Below the pieces are notes generated by a model. It was not told the origin of the DNA. It did not search any database and worked only from the letters and a program-made list of their open reading frames with translations. From the NCBI GenBank assembly GCA_009839485.1, contig VXPQ01000038.1, positions 9,153 through 73,152 of the forward strand: a stretch of 64,000 bases of DNA, read 5' to 3'. The stretch is from Bacteroidetes bacterium SB0662_bin_6. Its GTDB lineage: Bacteria > Bacteroidota > Rhodothermia > Rhodothermales > VXPQ01. This document shows positions 46,068-55,625 of the stretch, one piece after another; the stretch's first letter is position 1; every line of letters begins with the position of its first letter. A program made the translations under genes and the position numbers.

Positions 46068-46766
46068 ATGAACCCGGACCTTTCGCCCGCGCCGCCTTTC
46101 GCAGCGATCGTATTCGATATGGACGGCGTGGTCATCGACTCCGAGCCGATACACGACCGGTCGCACCGGATCATTTTCGGCCTGCACGATTTGCCCGTCC
46201 CGGCCGAAGCCTATCCCTCCTTCAAGGGCATCCCTGAGCGCAAACTGTTCGAACGGGTCGTGTCCGAGTTCGGATCGGACGAGCACGATGTGGACACGCT
46301 CACCGTATCGAAGGAAGAAACCTTCCTGAGTCTCATGCCCGATATGCGCCCCATTCCGGGCGTACTGGATTTTATACGCCTGGCGAAATCGCAAATGCGC
46401 CTTGCGTTGACGACTTCCGCAACAAGCAGATACCAGCGCTTCGCCTTCGACCGGTTCGATCTGGATCGCTTTTTCGAGGTCGTCGTCACGGCGGAGGATA
46501 TACACCGCCACAAACCCGATCCCGAACCGTATCAGGAGACCGCAAAACGTCTCGGTCTGGCGCCGGAGATGTGCTTCGTTATCGAGGACTCGGTGAACGG
46601 AGTGCGCTCGGCGTACCGGGCCGGGTGTCATGTAGCGGGAATAACCACATCGTTCTCCGCCGGCGAACTCGAAGAGGCCGGCGCACACATCGTGATTGAC
46701 ACGTTCGAAGAACTGGCGGAGCGTCTCGGCATGGGAAAAAACGGCGCGGCGCGCACCGCCGACTGA
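46068..46766 (+). CDS. HAD-IA family hydrolase (beta-phosphoglucomutase-like)
   Basis: HAD motif I AIVFDMDGVVIDSE, motif II LTTS, and motif IV VIEDSVNGVRSA. Confidence 0.85.
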   Translation: MNPDLSPAPPFAAIVFDMDGVVIDSEPIHDRSHRIIFGLHDLPVPAEAYPSFKGIPERKLFERVVSEFGSDEHDVDTLTVSKEETFLSLMPDMRPIPGVLDFIRLAKSQMRLALTTSATSRYQRFAFDRFDLDRFFEVVVTAEDIHRHKPDPEPYQETAKRLGLAPEMCFVIEDSVNGVRSAYRAGCHVAGITTSFSAGELEEAGAHIVIDTFEELAERLGMGKNGAARTAD

Positions 46767-46800
46767 CATAAGCCGGCCCAGTCCCTCACCGGCCCTTTCC

Positions 46801-46877
46801 GGATACTCTGATTAGGCCCCGCAGAGTGCTGCTGCATAGTGGTAACAGGCCCTGAGTCCGCGAAGTGAGAGCACCCT
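46801..46877 (+). repeat. Composite intergenic repeat (GGATACTCTGAT terminus plus TGCTGCATAGTGGTAACAGGCCC module)
   Basis: It fills the gap between two convergent genes. The terminus matches 9211, 12931 and 12996. The internal module matches 14082-14105 (reverse complement) and, more loosely, 53147-53166, 52507-52520 and 50431-50446. Confidence 0.75.
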
Positions 46878-47939
46878 TTACTCCATGCCGCGGTCCGCAA
46901 GATACGCAGCGCCGCGCCCCTTGATGTTCTCGTCCCAGTACTGCATCCATTCAGGGCCTTCCCCGGCAAGACGTTCCCAATCGATCTCCATGGGTTGGAT
47001 ATCCACCCCGGTCATCCATTCCGGAAGATCCGCATCCGGGATGGTATTCCGGACCGGGATGCGATAAAACCGGTGCGCCTGATCGACCAGGGCGCTATCG
47101 GACGTGACGAACTCATAGAAAGTCCGCGCAATCTCCGGGTTCGGCCCCCCCGCCACAAGCGCAATGCCGTCCGTAAGGACCGGCGTTCCGGAAGAAGGCA
47201 CCACATAGTCGAAAGGATACCCGTTGTCCTGCGCCTGGATATACGTATCCGGCATATTCCACAGCGTTACATCGCCTTCCTCGCGGGCCAGTTTGAGATA
47301 AAGCTGTGTCGGGTCGGCGGTATAGGTCTCCACGTTGCGGTCCAGACGGGCCAGCCATGCATACCCTTCCTCTACGGTAGGCTGCCGGAGAATCATCGCT
47401 CCCCAAATGGTCCGCATGGTGCTGGAAGCCAGCGGATACCGGATGATCACCCGGTCGTGCCATTGCTCCTCAAGCATTTCATCCCAGTCCTGCGGAGGCG
47501 CTTCGCCCGTCAGTGCAAGAGAACGGGTATTGTACGTAATCACTTCAGGGGTCAGAAAGGTGCCGTACCATGTGTCTCCGGCCCCGGACGCGTGCGGAGG
47601 CGCTTCCGCGGCCCAGGATGGCGTATACGGATCGAGCAGGCCCTCCCGGGCCGCCCGGTCGAACGCCATCCCGGCGCCGCCCCACCAGACGCTTGCCTGC
47701 GGATTCTGCCGTTCGGTCCGGATCCGGTCGTACGCATCCTGCCCTCCCATGTCTATCCATGCGATATCCACATCAGGATAGCGGGCCTCGAACAACTGCT
47801 CATAGGCTCCGAGCATTTCCTTGCCGTGCGGCGAATACACCAGCACGCGGGTACGCTCATCCTGGGAAGAACACCCGACAAGCCATGCGAGAGCCGGAAA
47901 CAGAAGCAGCGTATGCCGAAAAACGTGAAAATTCTTCAT
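46878..47939 (-). CDS. ABC transporter substrate-binding lipoprotein (Fe3+/polyamine-type PBP2), orphan
   Basis: Lipobox AWLVGCSS. Periplasmic-binding-protein-like body (VLVYSPHGKE...WWGGAG...). No adjacent permease or ATPase. Confidence 0.65.
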   Translation of the reverse strand: MKNFHVFRHTLLLFPALAWLVGCSSQDERTRVLVYSPHGKEMLGAYEQLFEARYPDVDIAWIDMGGQDAYDRIRTERQNPQASVWWGGAGMAFDRAAREGLLDPYTPSWAAEAPPHASGAGDTWYGTFLTPEVITYNTRSLALTGEAPPQDWDEMLEEQWHDRVIIRYPLASSTMRTIWGAMILRQPTVEEGYAWLARLDRNVETYTADPTQLYLKLAREEGDVTLWNMPDTYIQAQDNGYPFDYVVPSSGTPVLTDGIALVAGGPNPEIARTFYEFVTSDSALVDQAHRFYRIPVRNTIPDADLPEWMTGVDIQPMEIDWERLAGEGPEWMQYWDENIKGRGAAYLADRGME

Positions 47940-47963
47940 ACCAAAGGGGGTTAATGCAGGAAA

Positions 47964-50294
47964 TCAATGTTCCACGAGACGCAATTCAGCGAATTTCAGC
48001 ATGACCTTTTTCCGGCCCGCTTCCCGAAAGGCAATAACAGCCCTTGCTTTCTCGCCGCGGCCTTCCACGGAAAGCACCTCTCCTTCGCCGAAATGGGGAT
48101 GATTCACACAGCACCCCGGGATAATGGCGCCCTCCCCCTGATCGTAGACCACCGTACGACCGCTTTCCTTGCGGGCGGGCGCGGCCAGGTTCTGCCGGTA
48201 ATAATGCGGCGCCATCCGGTCGTACGACGGACCTCCGGAGAAGCCGGAAACCACTTCAGGATCCGGAAGAAAGCGCCCCGCCTCCTGCCGGACAGCTTCC
48301 CCGGCTTCGGTGCGCACGACGCTGCCATCGATCTCGTCCAGGAAGCGGCTGCGTACCGTCGGCGCCGAACTGCCGAAGCGAAAGCGGGTCCGGGCATAAG
48401 AAAGGTGTAACCGTTCCGCCGCGCGCGTAACGCCTACATAGAAAAGCCGGCGCTCCTCCTCCACGGCGGCAACCTCCCCGATGGCCATGGATACAGGAAA
48501 GAGCCCTTCCTCCAGACCGGTAACGAACACTACGGGAAATTCGAGTCCCTTGGAGGAATGCAGCGTCATAAGCGTTACGCGCGACTCGCTGTCCATCTCG
48601 TCGAGATCCGTCCGGAGCGCCGCCTCCTGCAGGAATGTACTGAGCGTATGCTCCCCGGGGCTTTCCGCAGTATACTCCGCGATAGCCCCGATCAATTCCT
48701 GCACATTTTCCCACCGCATGAGATTCTCAGGCGTCTGGTCCTGGCTAAGGTTTTTGACTATGCCTGTTTCCTGCACGACGGAACGCGCAATATCCTCCGC
48801 CGGCAGGCCCTGTTCGACCTCTTCCATGTGCCTGCGCATCATCTCCCGAAACGCCACGACGGCGCGCCCGGCCTGCGGCCCGAGCCCCACCGACTCAGCC
48901 TGCTCGATCGCCTCCCAGACCGTCCCTTGATGCTCTTCCGCAAAAGCCATGAGCCGTCCGAGCGTTCTGTCCCCGATGCCTCGCGTTGGATAATTGATGA
49001 TGCGGCGCAAACTCGCCAGGTCTCCGGGATTGACCAGAAGGCGCAGATAAGCAAGAATGTCCTTCACTTCCTTTCTCTGGTAGAAAGACAGCCCGCCTAC
49101 GATACGGTACGGAACGCCTCCGCGGCGCAGCGCATCCTCGATCGAGCGGCTTTGCGCATTGGTCCGGTAGAGTACCGAAAAATGCTCGTAGCCGTATCCG
49201 AACCGGGCCTGCAGGCTCCGGATCGCCCGCTCGATTTTCTGCGCCTCATCCCGCTCCGACAGCGCCTCCATGAGCACAATAGGATCCCCGTCGGCGTTTT
49301 CTGTCCACAGCTTCTTTTCAAGGCGGTCCCGATTGTGTTCGATAATGGAATCGGCCAGTCGCAGGATGCTTCCCGTAGAGCGGTAATTCTGTTCCAGCCG
49401 TACGGTAACGGCTTCCGGATAATCGCGCCGAAAAGAAAGAATGTTTGCAATGTCGGCGCCTCGAAAAGCGTAGATGCTCTGGGAGTCGTCGCCCACGACG
49501 CAGATGTTCCTGCGCCGCCCGGCAAGCAGTTTCGCCAGCATATACTGGGAACGATTCGTGTCCTGATATTCGTCGATGTGCAGATATGTCCAGCGCTCCC
49601 GGTATTTTTCGAGTACATCCGCACATTGTTCAAACAGGAGGATCGGTTTCAGGAGCAAGTCGTCGAAATCCATGGCGTTCGCGGTGCGAAGCGCCTGTTC
49701 GTAGGGGCCGTAAAGCTGCGCCGCTACCTGCTGCAGGGGCCCGAAAGCGGAACGCTCGTATTGATCCGGGGACACCATTCGATTCTTCGCACCGGACAGG
49801 ATATGCCGGACGCTGCGGGGGCTATGCTGCTTCGCGTCTATCCGAAAACGCTCCATCAACTGGCGCAGAATCCGCTCCGAATCATCCGTGTCATAAATGC
49901 TGAAATCCCGCGCATAACCGATCCGCTCCCCTTCCACACGCATGAGACGGGCAAAGATCGAATGAAACGTGCCCATCCACAGATCGCGGGAAGCGTCGCC
50001 CGCAAGCCGATCGATGCGGTCGCGCATTTCGCGGGCCGCTTTATTCGTGAACGTCAGCGCAAGAATCTGCCAGGGTCTGGCGCGTTCCGTCGCAAGCAAA
50101 TACGCAATCCGGTGCATGAGCATCCGGGTCTTGCCGGAACCCGGGCCGGCCACGACAAGCACAGGCCCCTCGGCCGCCCGCACCGCTTCCTGTTGCGAAG
50201 CATTCAGCCCCCCCATAATAGCCTCGCCGGCCTCCCCGTTGGAAACGGGTTGTCCGGAAGAAGCGGGCGGGCCGGAAGAATCGGAAAAAAGCAT
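47964..50294 (-). CDS. UvrD/PcrA/Rep family ATP-dependent DNA helicase
   Basis: Motif I AGPGSGKT, with TFTNKAAREM, DEYQDTN, VGDDSQSIYAFRGA, LEQNYRS, TLHSSKGLEFPVVF and YVGVTRA. The start is uncertain (50294 or 50216). Confidence 0.92.
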   Translation of the reverse strand: MLFSDSSGPPASSGQPVSNGEAGEAIMGGLNASQQEAVRAAEGPVLVVAGPGSGKTRMLMHRIAYLLATERARPWQILALTFTNKAAREMRDRIDRLAGDASRDLWMGTFHSIFARLMRVEGERIGYARDFSIYDTDDSERILRQLMERFRIDAKQHSPRSVRHILSGAKNRMVSPDQYERSAFGPLQQVAAQLYGPYEQALRTANAMDFDDLLLKPILLFEQCADVLEKYRERWTYLHIDEYQDTNRSQYMLAKLLAGRRRNICVVGDDSQSIYAFRGADIANILSFRRDYPEAVTVRLEQNYRSTGSILRLADSIIEHNRDRLEKKLWTENADGDPIVLMEALSERDEAQKIERAIRSLQARFGYGYEHFSVLYRTNAQSRSIEDALRRGGVPYRIVGGLSFYQRKEVKDILAYLRLLVNPGDLASLRRIINYPTRGIGDRTLGRLMAFAEEHQGTVWEAIEQAESVGLGPQAGRAVVAFREMMRRHMEEVEQGLPAEDIARSVVQETGIVKNLSQDQTPENLMRWENVQELIGAIAEYTAESPGEHTLSTFLQEAALRTDLDEMDSESRVTLMTLHSSKGLEFPVVFVTGLEEGLFPVSMAIGEVAAVEEERRLFYVGVTRAAERLHLSYARTRFRFGSSAPTVRSRFLDEIDGSVVRTEAGEAVRQEAGRFLPDPEVVSGFSGGPSYDRMAPHYYRQNLAAPARKESGRTVVYDQGEGAIIPGCCVNHPHFGEGEVLSVEGRGEKARAVIAFREAGRKKVMLKFAELRLVEH

Positions 50295-50480
50295 ACAGTG
50301 CAGGGGAAAAAAGCCGCAACCGGAACGACAGGCCTCATTACAGATCAGAGTACGACACCCGGCACAGAACAAGATACCGCAACGCAAGCGGGGATTCGAC
50401 CCTTTGCATGTGAGATACGCGGGAAGAAATCAGGGCCCGTTACCATAACCGCGAAGTTCAGCGTATCCTGAAGCGGGCGG

Positions 50481-50978
50481 CTACGAAGCAGATTCTTCCA
50501 GATTCGCCAACCGCACAAAGAACCGGCGGCGATCCATGGCCACGACGCGCACGTTGCTTCCGGCCGCAATAAAATCCCCTTCCGTAGCCACTTCGATGCG
50601 TTCTCCGTCGATGCGGGCTACACCGGTAGGGCGCAAGGGCGTTACTGCAACCCCGGTCTTGCCGAGATACTTTGCACGGCGCTCCGTTTCCCGGTCTTCC
50701 CCGGGCCGTTCTCCTGTAATCGTCGTACCCAGTACAAATCGATCCCAGGCTCCCGAGGTCCACATCCAGTAAAAAAGGCCGCCCCCCGCTATCGCCGTGC
50801 CCACAATGACATAGATTCCGCCCAGCAACCCGGATTCCGTGAAGGTGTAGCCGATAGCGAAAAGAATGACAATGAAACCGAAGATGCCCACCACATTGAA
50901 ACCGGGCACGAGATACACTTCCACGGCAATCAGACCGAGACCCACCAGAATGAGTGCTATGGGAAGAAAAAATTCCAT
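50481..50978 (-). CDS. Short NfeD family membrane protein
   Basis: N-terminal TM helices followed by a C-terminal OB-like NfeD domain GKTGVAVTPLRPTGVARIDGERIEVATEGDFIAAGSNVRVV. Confidence 0.8.
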   Translation of the reverse strand: MEFFLPIALILVGLGLIAVEVYLVPGFNVVGIFGFIVILFAIGYTFTESGLLGGIYVIVGTAIAGGGLFYWMWTSGAWDRFVLGTTITGERPGEDRETERRAKYLGKTGVAVTPLRPTGVARIDGERIEVATEGDFIAAGSNVRVVAMDRRRFFVRLANLEESAS

Positions 50979-51011
50979 CAGGTAATCAGGGGTATTGCTG
51001 GAGGAAAAAAG

Positions 51012-52427
51012 TCATGTGGCGGCAGGCGCCGCACGTACGATCACGCGGCTGCCGCGCACCCGGATTATTTCCACCCTGGTTCCGGGCAAAACAAACTCCC
51101 CGCGCGTCACCACATCGATGCGTTCCCCCTCGATGTCCGCCATGCCCGCGGGACGCAACGGGGTCAGAGAGACACCCGTCCGGCCAACCAGCTCTTCCAT
51201 GGTTTCAGACGAAACGTAGCCGGAGGCGCTGGCAAGTTCCGGGGCCAGCACCAACTGGCCGAACCGCTCCGATTTTGGAAGATATTTACTGAGAGAAAAC
51301 ATGAGAACGATCAACAGGACCAGTGTGGCCGCCATCGTACCCACCGCGGGCGCCAGCGCGGCAAAAGGCGGAAACGAAAGCCCGACATTACCGACCAGGG
51401 CCGCAAAAAGCGAACCGGCCACAAGCACCAGCCCGCTGATGCCCGCCACGCCAAAACCCGGAATCACGAAGATCTCGGCAAGCAGGAGCAGCACTCCGAT
51501 GCCGAAAAGCACGATTTCCCAACTCTGGACAAGGCCGATCATGTAATGCGGCGCAAAAAACATGGTGGCGCCGATAGCAGCGATAGCCCCGGGAAACCCG
51601 ACGCCGGGCGTTTGCAATTCGAAGTACAGCCCACCCATCATCATCAGCATGAGGAGGGACTGCAGAACCGGTGAACTGAGAAACCGCAGCGCCCGTTCGA
51701 GGGTCGAGGCACGGTGCGCCACCGAAGCGGTCGAGGCAAGACCGGCTTGCTCCGCCACCGCATCGATATCGGAAAGAATAGCGTCCGCAACACCCAGCCG
51801 AAGCGCTTCCTCGGAAGAAAGCGTCAACACGCTGCCGGCCTCGGACACCCCCTCGACTTCCAGTTCTTCATCCACCATGGCTTCCGCAATGCGCGGATCG
51901 CGCCCATTGGCCTCCGCAGTGGCCCGCATCAACCCCCTCATGTAACTCTGGTACTTGTCCGGCGCCGCCTCTCCCGAACCGCCCTCCACCACCGTGGCCG
52001 CCCCGATGGAAGCGCCCGGAACCATCACGATCCGGTCGCTGGCATAGGATATGAGCGCACCGGCGGAAGCCGCGTTCTTGTCGATAAACGCTACCGTGGT
52101 CGGCTCGAGGTCCAGAATCGTTTTGCGAATCTTGTCGGCAGCGTCCACCAGCCCGCCGAACGTATCCACGTGAAAGATGATCAGCGATGCGCCCGCCGCT
52201 TCCGCATCGCCGGCGGCTCGCCCCACGTACCGGGCGAGCACATTGTCGATAGGGCCCTGAATCGGAACAATGTACACGGGCCCGTCGGCCAGCGGCGCTT
52301 CGAACAGCGCGTCCGGGGACGACAAGGAGGAAGTCTGTTGCGACTGACCGGACGCGGGAAAAAACAGGCCGAACAGCAAGCCTGCCGGGATAAGAAACGG
52401 AACGAAGCGCCTTGCAAGGCTATTCAT
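51012..52427 (-). CDS. Long NfeD protein (ClpP-class serine protease domain + TM + NfeD OB domain)
   Basis: Signal/TM region, then a ClpP-like domain (FIDKNAASAGALISYASDRIVMVPGASIGAATVV). Several TM helices follow. C-terminus GRTGVSLTPLRPAGMADIEGERIDVVTRGEFVLPGTRVEII. Confidence 0.82.
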   Translation of the reverse strand: MNSLARRFVPFLIPAGLLFGLFFPASGQSQQTSSLSSPDALFEAPLADGPVYIVPIQGPIDNVLARYVGRAAGDAEAAGASLIIFHVDTFGGLVDAADKIRKTILDLEPTTVAFIDKNAASAGALISYASDRIVMVPGASIGAATVVEGGSGEAAPDKYQSYMRGLMRATAEANGRDPRIAEAMVDEELEVEGVSEAGSVLTLSSEEALRLGVADAILSDIDAVAEQAGLASTASVAHRASTLERALRFLSSPVLQSLLMLMMMGGLYFELQTPGVGFPGAIAAIGATMFFAPHYMIGLVQSWEIVLFGIGVLLLLAEIFVIPGFGVAGISGLVLVAGSLFAALVGNVGLSFPPFAALAPAVGTMAATLVLLIVLMFSLSKYLPKSERFGQLVLAPELASASGYVSSETMEELVGRTGVSLTPLRPAGMADIEGERIDVVTRGEFVLPGTRVEIIRVRGSRVIVRAAPAAT

Positions 52428-52514
52428 GGCGGCGCACAATCATGGAAAAAGGTACCTGACTGTTTTACGGAGATTCCTTGAAATAAGATTCACGCCGCAG
52501 GCGCTTAGGGCCTG

Positions 52515-53051
52515 TTACCGCAAGACCGTATCGTCCCGTTCGAACGGCGTCCCGGCGGGTTTCAGGCCGTACTTTGCGAATGCCTCGTCGAGCTCCGGCA
52601 TGAACCGGGATCGAATCGGGCGGGTCAGATACTGAATCTTGCTTGCCCTGCCGAAGATGTATTTCCGGAACGGATGTATGTAGATGCGCACATGATCGCG
52701 CCCCAGCGGAGTTACTTCCATATACACAGTAATCCGGTACAGACCCCACTGGCGCAATACACGCTCCTTCGTTGCAATGGCGTGGGGCAGGTCGGTGGCC
52801 GTCGTATCCCATCCTGCTTCGTTGAGCGCGGCGACGATCCGTTCGGGGACGGTGCTTGCGACAGCGCCCTCATCCGGCGTCATGCCGGACGGCGCGCCCG
52901 GTGGATCTACTGTTCCGGAAACGGCAATCGCAAGAAGCGTATCCGAAGACGGCCTGTCATAATCCCGGTACAGAGGGGCAAGGGACGGGGCGCACGCCGA
53001 AATAAAAAGAGAAGCGCCGAGAAGCGCCGCCGGTGCGCATAATCGTTTCAT
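52515..53051 (-). CDS. Hypothetical lipoprotein
   Basis: The ATG at 53051 gives MKRLCAPAALLGASLFISACAPS (lipobox). No family recognised. Confidence 0.5.
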   Translation of the reverse strand: MKRLCAPAALLGASLFISACAPSLAPLYRDYDRPSSDTLLAIAVSGTVDPPGAPSGMTPDEGAVASTVPERIVAALNEAGWDTTATDLPHAIATKERVLRQWGLYRITVYMEVTPLGRDHVRIYIHPFRKYIFGRASKIQYLTRPIRSRFMPELDEAFAKYGLKPAGTPFERDDTVLR

Positions 53052-53166
53052 GATCCCTCGGCTTGCAGGGCAAGGATAACGAACGTCCTTGTACGTACGC
53101 ATGAAAGGCAACCGGGATCTTCGGCGCGGCCGGGCGCCATATCCCTGTATAGTGCTAACAGGCCCT

Positions 53167-53994
53167 TTATACCGCCAGGGTAGCAGTGCTCACGCGCTCC
53201 CGAAGAAAATGCAGCATGATTTGGTTGAACGTCTCCGGATGTTCGAGCATCGGGGCATGACCGCACTTGTCGATGAAGTGCAACTCGGTATCCGGGATGA
53301 GTTCTTCGAACTCCCTTGCCACATCCGGCGGCGTAATCGCGTCATTCGCCCCCCACACGAGCAGCGTCGGCACCTGGATCTCATGAAGACGGGTACGAAC
53401 GGTCTCGTTTTTCGACGCCCTTGCCATCTTGATCAGTCTGATCGCACAGGCGCGATCTGCGACGACTTCCAGCATCTCGTTCACCAGATCTTCCGTCACC
53501 TGTTCCTTTTCGTAGAAAGTGATGGCTGCCCGTTCCCGGACGAAGTTCGGATCATACCGGCGCGGGCTGCCCGTACCCATTTCCACCTCGTACAAACCCG
53601 AGGAGCCGGTGAGTATCAGTGCACTTGCACGCTGGGGGTGGGAGAAAGTATACAGGATGGCGAGTTGGCCTCCGAGCGAGTTGCCCGCAAGCGTCACGAA
53701 ATCAAGCTCCATCGCGTCGAGGAATGCATGCACGTACTCCACCAGGCCTTGCATGCTGGTCTGCCCCACAGGAAGGGTGTAGACCGGCAGAAAGGGAACG
53801 ATGGCGCGATATCCGTTAGCCGCTACGGACTGGACGGCGTCCGTCCAGTTCGTCAGATTTCCCAACATGCCATGCAGGAAAACGATTGGAGGGCGCTCTG
53901 TCACGGGCCCTTCGTCCAAATACCGGAAATCGCCCCGCTCCTTAACGTTGTAGAGGGATTTCTCTATAACCGTGTACATGCACTCTGCATTCAA
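53167..53994 (-). CDS. Alpha/beta hydrolase
   Basis: Oxyanion region VFLHGMLGN, nucleophile elbow GNSLGG, and a C-terminal His context GHAPMLEHPE. Confidence 0.85.
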   Translation of the reverse strand: MNAECMYTVIEKSLYNVKERGDFRYLDEGPVTERPPIVFLHGMLGNLTNWTDAVQSVAANGYRAIVPFLPVYTLPVGQTSMQGLVEYVHAFLDAMELDFVTLAGNSLGGQLAILYTFSHPQRASALILTGSSGLYEVEMGTGSPRRYDPNFVRERAAITFYEKEQVTEDLVNEMLEVVADRACAIRLIKMARASKNETVRTRLHEIQVPTLLVWGANDAITPPDVAREFEELIPDTELHFIDKCGHAPMLEHPETFNQIMLHFLRERVSTATLAV

Positions 53995-54280
53995 TGACTC
54001 GCAACGACTTGATAAGATACGGCGTAAAGGCTTTCAATAAAAATGGGGCGGTCACCTCTCCCGCTTCCCGTTCGTGAAGTGTCGTGCAGGAGTCCTGAAA
54101 ATGTTTCCCCCAGGTGCTGACCGGAATGTTTCGTATTCCGAGCCGGTTATGGAGCAGGTTATGTGTTGTCCGGATTGAAACTTTGCGCCCGGATCCGTGT
54201 AAATACTTGTTCACCTCGCAGGAGCCCTGTAAACAAGCTGCTGAACACTACTACCGTATTTACGACAGGAGATCGTCATT

Positions 54281-54376
54281 ATGCCATGCGGACGTAAACG
54301 AAAGCGACACAAGATCGCTACCCACAAAAGAAAAAAGCGTCTTCGTAAGAATCGCCACAAGAAGAAAGGAAGATAA
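54281..54376 (+). CDS. 31-aa Lys/Arg-rich protein, bS22 / AURKAIP1-COX24-domain-like
   Basis: Absent from the ORF track because it is under 60 aa. The sequence is MPCGRKRKRHKIATHKRKKRLRKNRHKKKGR, preceded by aggag 9 nt upstream. It closely resembles, from memory, the roughly 30-aa Bacteroidota proteins of form MPSGKKRKRHKxATHKRKKRxRxNRHKKK. Confidence 0.65.
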   Translation: MPCGRKRKRHKIATHKRKKRLRKNRHKKKGR

Positions 54377-54404
54377 ACGCGGGCTTGACCTGAGCATACA
54401 TCGA

Positions 54405-54740
54405 ATGAAGCACTACACACTGGGTAATATCGTTCGAGCAGGGGTATGGGGCCTGATAGCCGGTGTATCCGCAGGTTTTGCTGTTGGGCTTCTGCTGGCG
54501 CCGGGAGAGGGGCGGAAGCTGCGCCGCCGCCTTGTTTATCAAGTGGAAACACTGGCGGATCGGATCGGATCGGCCGTTGAGGACTTCTCCAGCCCGGAAG
54601 GCGATAGCGAAGCCCGCCGCACGGGAAATCGACTCGTCGAGGACGCCGAGGAAGAGGCCCGCCGGATCCGGGACGAAATAGACGCACTGCTTGGAGACGC
54701 CCGCGGCGCCTCTTTGCCTTCTTCCGAGGAGGAAAAATAA
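54405..54740 (+). CDS. YtxH domain protein
   Basis: The ATG at 54405 gives an N-terminal TM GVWGLIAGVSAGFAVGLLLAPGEGRKLRRRL, then a helical charged region. This is the typical YtxH layout. Confidence 0.7.
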   Translation: MKHYTLGNIVRAGVWGLIAGVSAGFAVGLLLAPGEGRKLRRRLVYQVETLADRIGSAVEDFSSPEGDSEARRTGNRLVEDAEEEARRIRDEIDALLGDARGASLPSSEEEK

Positions 54741-54794
54741 CAATAGTATTAGGGTCTCCGGCACGATGCACCCCGCCGGAGCACTTCCTGTCTC

Positions 54795-55607
54795 ATGCCG
54801 AACTTTTCGATCCTTCTCCCCCCTTCAGAAAAATCGCAACCGGGGGGTAATCCTTTCGTTCCGGACATGTTCGACTACCGCACGCCGAACACGTTCAACT
54901 ATTTCAACGAATTGAACCCCGAGCGCCGGAAGATCATCGGCGCCGTACAGGAAGCGATCGAAGCCGGGGGGGATCTCGAAAAACTGTTTGCGGTCAACGG
55001 AGAAGAGCTCGCACAAGCCATCGAGTTGAATCAGGAAATCTACGACGCGCCGCTCATGGCTGCGCTGGAGCGCTTCAGCCCGGGCGTGATGTACGAAGCC
55101 ATGGATTTCCCGGGATTGCCCACGGGCGCGCAACGCCGCCTGCTCGAAAACGGCGTCATTTTCTCCGGATTTTTCGGACTGTTGCGCCCGGACGACCTTG
55201 TTCCCGACCACCGGCTGCCCATCGAGTCGGAGGTACCGAATATCGGTGCGCTGACCGATTTCTGGCGCCCCTTCGTCAGCCCCGCCCTCAACCGGACTAT
55301 CGCCGGGGCGTTCGTATGGGACATGCTGCCCGATTCACACCTTGCCGCCTGGGAAGACGACCACAGCTATGAGCAGATCGTGCGCGTAAGGTTCTACGAC
55401 GAAAAGAACGGATCGCGGCAGGAATCGGGTGAAAGCCTGGCGCCGCTCAGGGGAAAACTGGTCAATTTCATTGTGCGTGAATCGCTGGAAGATCTGGAGC
55501 CGTTGCTGCACTGGACCCACCCGGACGGATATACGTACGACCCGGACGGGACGACGGAAAATGCCGCATCGAAGGAAATAAAGATTGTCTTCGTACGGCG
55601 CGCCTGA
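54795..55607 (+). CDS. yaaA: YaaA/DUF328 family peroxide-stress protein
   Basis: N-terminal ILLPPSEKS motif. The size (about 270 aa) fits the family. Confidence 0.7.
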   Translation: MPNFSILLPPSEKSQPGGNPFVPDMFDYRTPNTFNYFNELNPERRKIIGAVQEAIEAGGDLEKLFAVNGEELAQAIELNQEIYDAPLMAALERFSPGVMYEAMDFPGLPTGAQRRLLENGVIFSGFFGLLRPDDLVPDHRLPIESEVPNIGALTDFWRPFVSPALNRTIAGAFVWDMLPDSHLAAWEDDHSYEQIVRVRFYDEKNGSRQESGESLAPLRGKLVNFIVRESLEDLEPLLHWTHPDGYTYDPDGTTENAASKEIKIVFVRRA

Positions 55608-55625
55608 GCGCATATCGGCGCATAG

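Noticed and set aside
45663-46769. 368-aa minus-strand ORF
   Set aside because: It spans two well-supported + strand genes (the PLDc_N lipoprotein and the HAD hydrolase) and their spacer. No motif is present.
46995-47954. 319-aa + strand ORF, and the 302-aa ORF at 53089-53997
   Set aside because: These are antisense to the substrate-binding lipoprotein and the alpha/beta hydrolase respectively, both of which have clear motifs.
48558-50471. 637-aa + strand ORF
   Set aside because: It is antisense to the UvrD/PcrA helicase, in which all helicase motifs are present.
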